Positions 48,923 through 54,071 of a DNA stretch of 54,071 bases are shown here, piece by piece. Within the stretch, counting starts at the first letter, position 1, and every line of letters starts with the position of its first letter. Origin of the DNA: Prorocentrum cordatum. Lineage: Eukaryota. The notes under the pieces were generated by a model, which saw only the letters and a program-made list of their open reading frames with translations, was not told the origin of the DNA and made no database searches. The stretch covers positions 62,001-116,071 of the forward strand of contig CAUYUJ010000266.1 in assembly GCA_963575745.1 (NCBI GenBank), given 5' to 3'. A program made the translations under genes and the position numbers.

Positions 48923-48952
48923 GCGGGGAAATCCATGCATGGATTTCCCCGC
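48923..48952. repeat. Perfect 30-bp palindrome
   Basis: GCGGGGAAATCCATG-CATGGATTTCCCCGC. Confidence 0.9.
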
Positions 48953-49486
48953 GACGCCCTGGACCTCTCCAGGGGTGGGTTCTGACCAGAATGTCGAGGC
49001 GAATCCATGGCGACGGGAGCCTCCCAGGAGGCCCAGAAAGGGGAAATTCGAGGGGGTACCTTCTCGAGACGGGACCCATACCGCTCTCGATTCAGAGGAG
49101 GATCCTCCTCTGCATCGAGGCGGCCAAGGTCCTCTGGGCCCCGGGCCCTCTCCTCGTCCTCGACCCCCGAGGCCTCTGCCCTCGAGGCCTTCCCGCCCGA
49201 CGCTGCCCCGGGCCCGGCCGGCGGGGAGATCGGGGCGGCCGAGGGCCTCTGGGCCCCGGGCCCTCTCCTTGTCCCTGTCCCTATCTCTCCTGGAGCGGGA
49301 CCCCGAGATCGCTCGGTCCGGGCGCCGCCTCCTGCGGCCACGGCACCGGGGGGGAGGGGGAGGCGCGCGCGGACGCGCGGGGGGCGGGGCTGCTCGCGCG
49401 GGCTCCTTCGGCGGGGTCGGCGGCGACGAGGGGGGCGAACAGCCCGGGGGGGGGGGGGAAAGCAGCACAGTCGAAGAAGGAAACGC

Positions 49487-49627
49487 ACTTCTGGCGCTCC
49501 GCGCGGATTTCTTGGATCTGCGCTGGGACCCCCTCCCTGGCGCGCGGGCGCGCCAGGGGCGGCGCCGGAGGCTCCGCCAGGGGGGTCCCAGCGCGGGTCC
49601 AAGAGATCCGCGCGGAGCGCCAAAAGT
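49487..49627. repeat. ~140-bp palindromic (MITE-like) module with ~50-bp arms
   Basis: ACTTCTGGCGCTCCGCGCGGATTTCTTGGATCTGCGCTGGGACCCC / GGGGTCCCAGCGCGGGTCCAAGAGATCCGCGCGGAGCGCCAAAAGT. Confidence 0.8.
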
Positions 49628-49772
49628 TTACGCGTGTGCCTTCTCTTCTTCTTCGGTGCACGTAGCCCAAGGGGCGCCGACGGCGCATGCCTTCGGCGAG
49701 GCTCCCGGGCGAGCACGTGCCACGCCCGCTCCCGGGACGACGGTCAACCCGCATCACAGGGATGCGCGGTAC

Positions 49773-49951
49773 GGATGCCAGGGCCCCTTGGAGGGCCCAG
49801 CTGACGTTCTTCGACCGAGGCTGGCCAGCGAAGGTCGCTCAGGATGCGCCGACGGGGCAAGGATGCAAGGGCCTTGGAGGGCCCAGTTGACGTTTTTCGT
49901 TGGCCAGCGAAGGTCGCTCGGGATGCGCCGACGGGGCAAGGATGCAAGGGC
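49773..49951. repeat. ~80-bp tandem repeat, just over 2 units
   Basis: tggccagcgaaggtcgctc.ggatgcgccgacggggcaaggatgcaaggg occurs twice. Confidence 0.8.
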
Positions 49952-50081
49952 AGGTACCCTTGGGAAGGTTGCCCAGCCTTCCTATGCGGGCAGACTGTGC
50001 TCGCCCCCCGGTCGCCGCCCCCCGAAGAGGGGCCGCAAGGGGGAGCCAGAAGCGTGCGGTCCCCGCGCGTCTCTCCACCGA

Positions 50082-50220
50082 CCGGCCACAGCTGGGGGAG
50101 CTGTGGTCCTCACCCCCTCTGCGGGGAACCCCTCGCGTCGGCGATCTCTCGGGAGGCGTGTCGAAATCGGTGGGTCCCCCCAGAGGGGGTGAGGACCACA
50201 GCTCCCCCAGCTGTGGCTGG
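50082..50220. repeat. 139-bp near-perfect inverted repeat (MITE-like)
   Basis: GCCACAGCTGGGGGAGCTGTGGTCCTCACCCCCTCTG and its exact reverse complement. Confidence 0.85.
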
Positions 50221-51240
50221 CCTGCTCCAGGCTGCGGCGCGGGGCGCGCACGGAGGGGGGGGGGAGGGCGAGAGGAGGGGAGCCTGCGCGTCGCGGCCCG
50301 AGGCACGTGCCTCGGGCGGTGGGGGGGGGGGCCGAGGAACGCGCGGAAAGAGGCAGTCGGGGGGGGGGGGGGGGGTGGATGTGCTGCTGAATGTTCGTGG
50401 GGCTGGCCACGGTGCCCCCCCCCCACGGAGGCCCCTGGTCCTCCCCCCTCCCCCCCCCCCTCGCGAGCGCCCACGTGTCCCCGGGACCATCGAAAACGGT
50501 GCAGGAAGAGAGGAGCTGCCCCCCAGGAGGGGGGTCGGGAGCTCGAGGGGCCGCGGGCTGAAAAAACAGGTCGTCGGATGCTCTGGGAAGCGCCGTGCGC
50601 TGCGAGATGATCCCGAAAGAGACCCCAGCCAGAAGTCGAAGGGAGGGCAGTAATGCTTGAGCGGGCTGAGGGCAATTAGAGCAAGATCAATGTAGGAAGC
50701 GGCCCTCACGAGCGGCATGCTGTGAGCAGGCAAACGCAAGTGCGGCGAATTGCGCGAGTGCGTGATCGAGGTATGAACCAGCTGCACGTGGGCAAAACAT
50801 TGTAAGATACTCTGGGGGAACCATGGCTCAGTTGCTCGTAGGTATGCCACAAGATCGGCTGCAATGCATTAAATCAAACTTGGAACGAGGCAGAAGTAGG
50901 GGACTCAACTGGGGATGCAAAGAAGACGCACATATGGTAGATGGGAGGCACAGGGCAGGTGGTGGGGGGGCACGCGAGAGCGCACATGAGCGAATCTGCA
51001 CACATGGAAGGCGGACGTAAACGATGATAGGCGCAGGGGAGGACGGGGTGAGAGATGGAGGGGGGGATCTCAGAGAGAAGGAGATACATAACCAGATATC
51101 TATACATGAAGTGCAGTTTGCCAATCGAAGACTGCAGCGCACCATGTGTCTAGATGGGAACGAAAGATATAACAACACATAACAAACACATGGAGAGAGA
51201 GGGTGAGACCCGAGGGCAGCGTTGAGATGGCAGGCGCGCC

Positions 51241-52090
51241 ATGTATATATCTAGCCAATACATGCATACATACATACCTGCATGCATACATACATACATG
51301 CATGCATGCATGCATACATACATACATATATATACACATATATATATATATATATATATATATGCATGCATGCATGCAAACATACATACATACATACATA
51401 CATACATACATACATACATGCATGCATACATACACACATTCACACATACATACATACATGCATCCATACATACATACAGACAGACATACAGGCAACCATA
51501 TATACATACATCTATACATACATACAAGCATGCATACATGCATGCATGCATGCATACATGCTTACACACACACGTTGCATACACACATGCATATATGGCA
51601 TAGTCATGTATGCATGCATGCATGCATTCATGCATACATATGTACATACGCCCATACATACATGCATGCATACATGCACCTATCCACTAAATACATACAA
51701 CATACATAGATGCATGCACACATACATACATGCATACGCACACGTACACCCATACATGCATATACACATGCATATGTGCATGCATGCACACAAACCTGCA
51801 TACCTACATGCACACACATACACACATACATAACGACATACATACATACATACATACATACATACATACATACATACATACATACATAAATCCATCCATC
51901 CATCCATACATACATACATACACACAGACATGCATACGTACATACATGCATACATACATACATACATGCATGCATGCATACATATGTGCATGCATGCATG
52001 CATGCATGCATGCATGCATGCATGCATGCATGCATCCATACGTGCATGCACACATATAGACATATATGCATGCATACAGTTGTATACGCA
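51241..52090. repeat. Compound (CATA)n/(CATG)n microsatellite
   Basis: Direct inspection. Confidence 0.95.
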
Positions 52091-54071
52091 TACCGACACA
52101 ACGCACCAGTAACCATGCGTACATCACGTACTGGTCGCATCACAAATGTAAACGTGTGCATAGAAGGCGCGTGGGCAATACATAAACTACGACGACAAGA
52201 TGATGCAGGAACGGGGTCGTCCTGTCAGACTTTGAACGAGCTCGAGAGTCTTTTCTCTTTCCCTTATCTCGCGACCTTCGGAACCACGTGGATACCAGGA
52301 GTGAAGAGGAACATGCTCAATCCACTACATATTGTCCATGAAATTCCAAATTCCAATAGATCCCAACATTAGTCGCAACATAATGTAATCCCTCCGTCCG
52401 TGCGCGTGCGATCGAGGGTAGGGGGGGTCAAGGTTCAGACACTGGCGCGTCCAAATGTCGCTCCAAACGCATGCGTGCATGCTCGCTCGAGGATGGTGCG
52501 TTCCAAGTCCAGGTGCTGGTGCGTCCCAAGATCGCAATAGGCATCCTACCCACAACCCAAGCACGATGTCGGTTTGGGCAGAAGGCCATTCAAAATTATC
52601 TGGTTGGGCCGCTCAAAAACGATGCGTCTTAGGACCGCAATAAGTGAATCTCGCGTGTGACCGCTCGGCATGGAAGCCCACTGCGGCTTCTGCTACTCTA
52701 CTCTACCCAACGCTTGGGAGATGCTTGATCTTCACTGTGTCGTGCCCAATCCTGCATCGCTACTCCCCATAATGGGGAGGAAGAAAGAGCCGCACGAGAA
52801 CAACGGGTCGCACGTTTTATCCGGCTCCTCTACGAGCCATGCCACGCCAAATACCAGAGGAGGGCTGCCGCAGAAGAGCCACCAAGCCACGTAGCAGAGA
52901 GGCGGCGAATGAGGATGCGATGCGATGCGACCACCGTTGCGGACAGCGTCCGGGCCTAGGACAGACCAGGTGGGTGAGGCCATGGCCTCCAGGATCTGAG
53001 GTGTCTGGATTCATGCAATGCGAGACATGTAAAAAGTTAGGAGGAGAGGGGGAGGAGGAGAGGCGAAGGAGGAGGCAGTTGGTGAAGGGAGGCAGCAGAT
53101 GGGGCTCGGGTGACATGGCAGGCTCAGAGGACAGACGCGCTGCAGCTAAGAGTGCTGGGCCAGGAGGGGAGGAGGGCGCGACGCGGGGCGAGAGGCTCCG
53201 AATAGATCCGTGACGGGAGAGGGGGCGGGGGGCGCAGCACGCAGCGCGCCCGAGGCGCTCTCGGGCCGAGCGGCGCGGAGCGGCGGAGTCGGGGCGAGGG
53301 CAATGGCAGGGAGGGTGCCGGGCTGGGGTCGGGTCGGGCACGTCCCCACAGGCGGAGGCCTGGAAATTGGCACCAACACCAAGACAGGGGGTTGCCTCCA
53401 CAGGGAGAAGGTGATCCTAGATTTTGGTGTTGGTGGTACTAGTTCGGCCACCTTGGAAGCCAGAATATTACCACCATCACCGAGATCGGGATCTTCTTCC
53501 CTCGGTGGAGGCACATCGCCGAAATTGGTGTTGGTGTCAATCTCTAGGCGTGCGACACAGGCGGATCCTGGACGACAGAAAAAAAAGAGAGAGTCAAAAC
53601 GTACACCAAAACGCACAGAAACAAACCCAAACATCGTCCCCAAGCTGTGCTTGGCTATTTTTGAACATCCCTCCCGTGGAGGGCCGCGCCCGACTTACGG
53701 ATAGGGCGAAGGCAGCGGGTGGAGAGGTAGCGATCGAGGAATTGCGCAGCTACGGCACTCCATGAACGCATTGGAAGATCTGGTCGATGGATGGTGTTCC
53801 ATTCGGCGGCGCACCCGGGGGGAAATGAGAAGGGGCGGGCCGTTTCACAAGGCTCGGAAATTCCCTGGCCTCCTGAGAAATTTCTGAGCCTTCCCCGAAA
53901 ACACGGAAAACGTCTCAGAAGGCGCGAGGGCCTTCTGAGAAAGTCTTCTCCTTCTCACTCCCCCCCTCGCTCGCCGCCAATCCATGCATTGAGCGGCATG
54001 GGGCGTGAAGACACCAACACTCTCCCGATGCATGCGCGGCCAATCCCCCAAATCCTGCAATGGTGAATGCT

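Noticed and set aside
52200..53700. Possible decayed LINE endonuclease or exons (e.g. GRRDYIML on the minus strand)
   Set aside because: Only one weak motif and no ordered set of APE motifs. It cannot be supported without a profile search.

Overview
Eukaryotic, GC-rich, repeat-dominated window. It is most likely from a dinoflagellate, inferred from several spliced-leader (DinoSL) relics. Most of it is a tandem segmental duplication (about 1-17430 vs about 18780-43857, with a 100-N gap in copy 2). Each copy carries an intronless, SL-tagged gene for a 7-bladed FG-GAP beta-propeller surface protein with variable loops, a dead RTE-type LINE and nested repeats. Comparing the two copies gives filled and empty insertion sites. 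These reveal at least three families (7 copies) of non-coding elements with Helentron/DINE-1 (HINE) architecture: short subterminal inverted repeats, a terminal hairpin, an internal 60-, 90- or 102-bp tandem array (plus a microsatellite in two families), and insertion into T-runs. Copy 2 also holds a 1684-codon open LINE (APE-RT-zinc finger-RNase H), followed by a second SL-tagged unknown gene. The last 10 kb contains a Helitron-like 3' end, MITEs, palindromes, an RTE 3' fragment and microsatellites. Most ORFs in the supplied track are artefacts of repeats.
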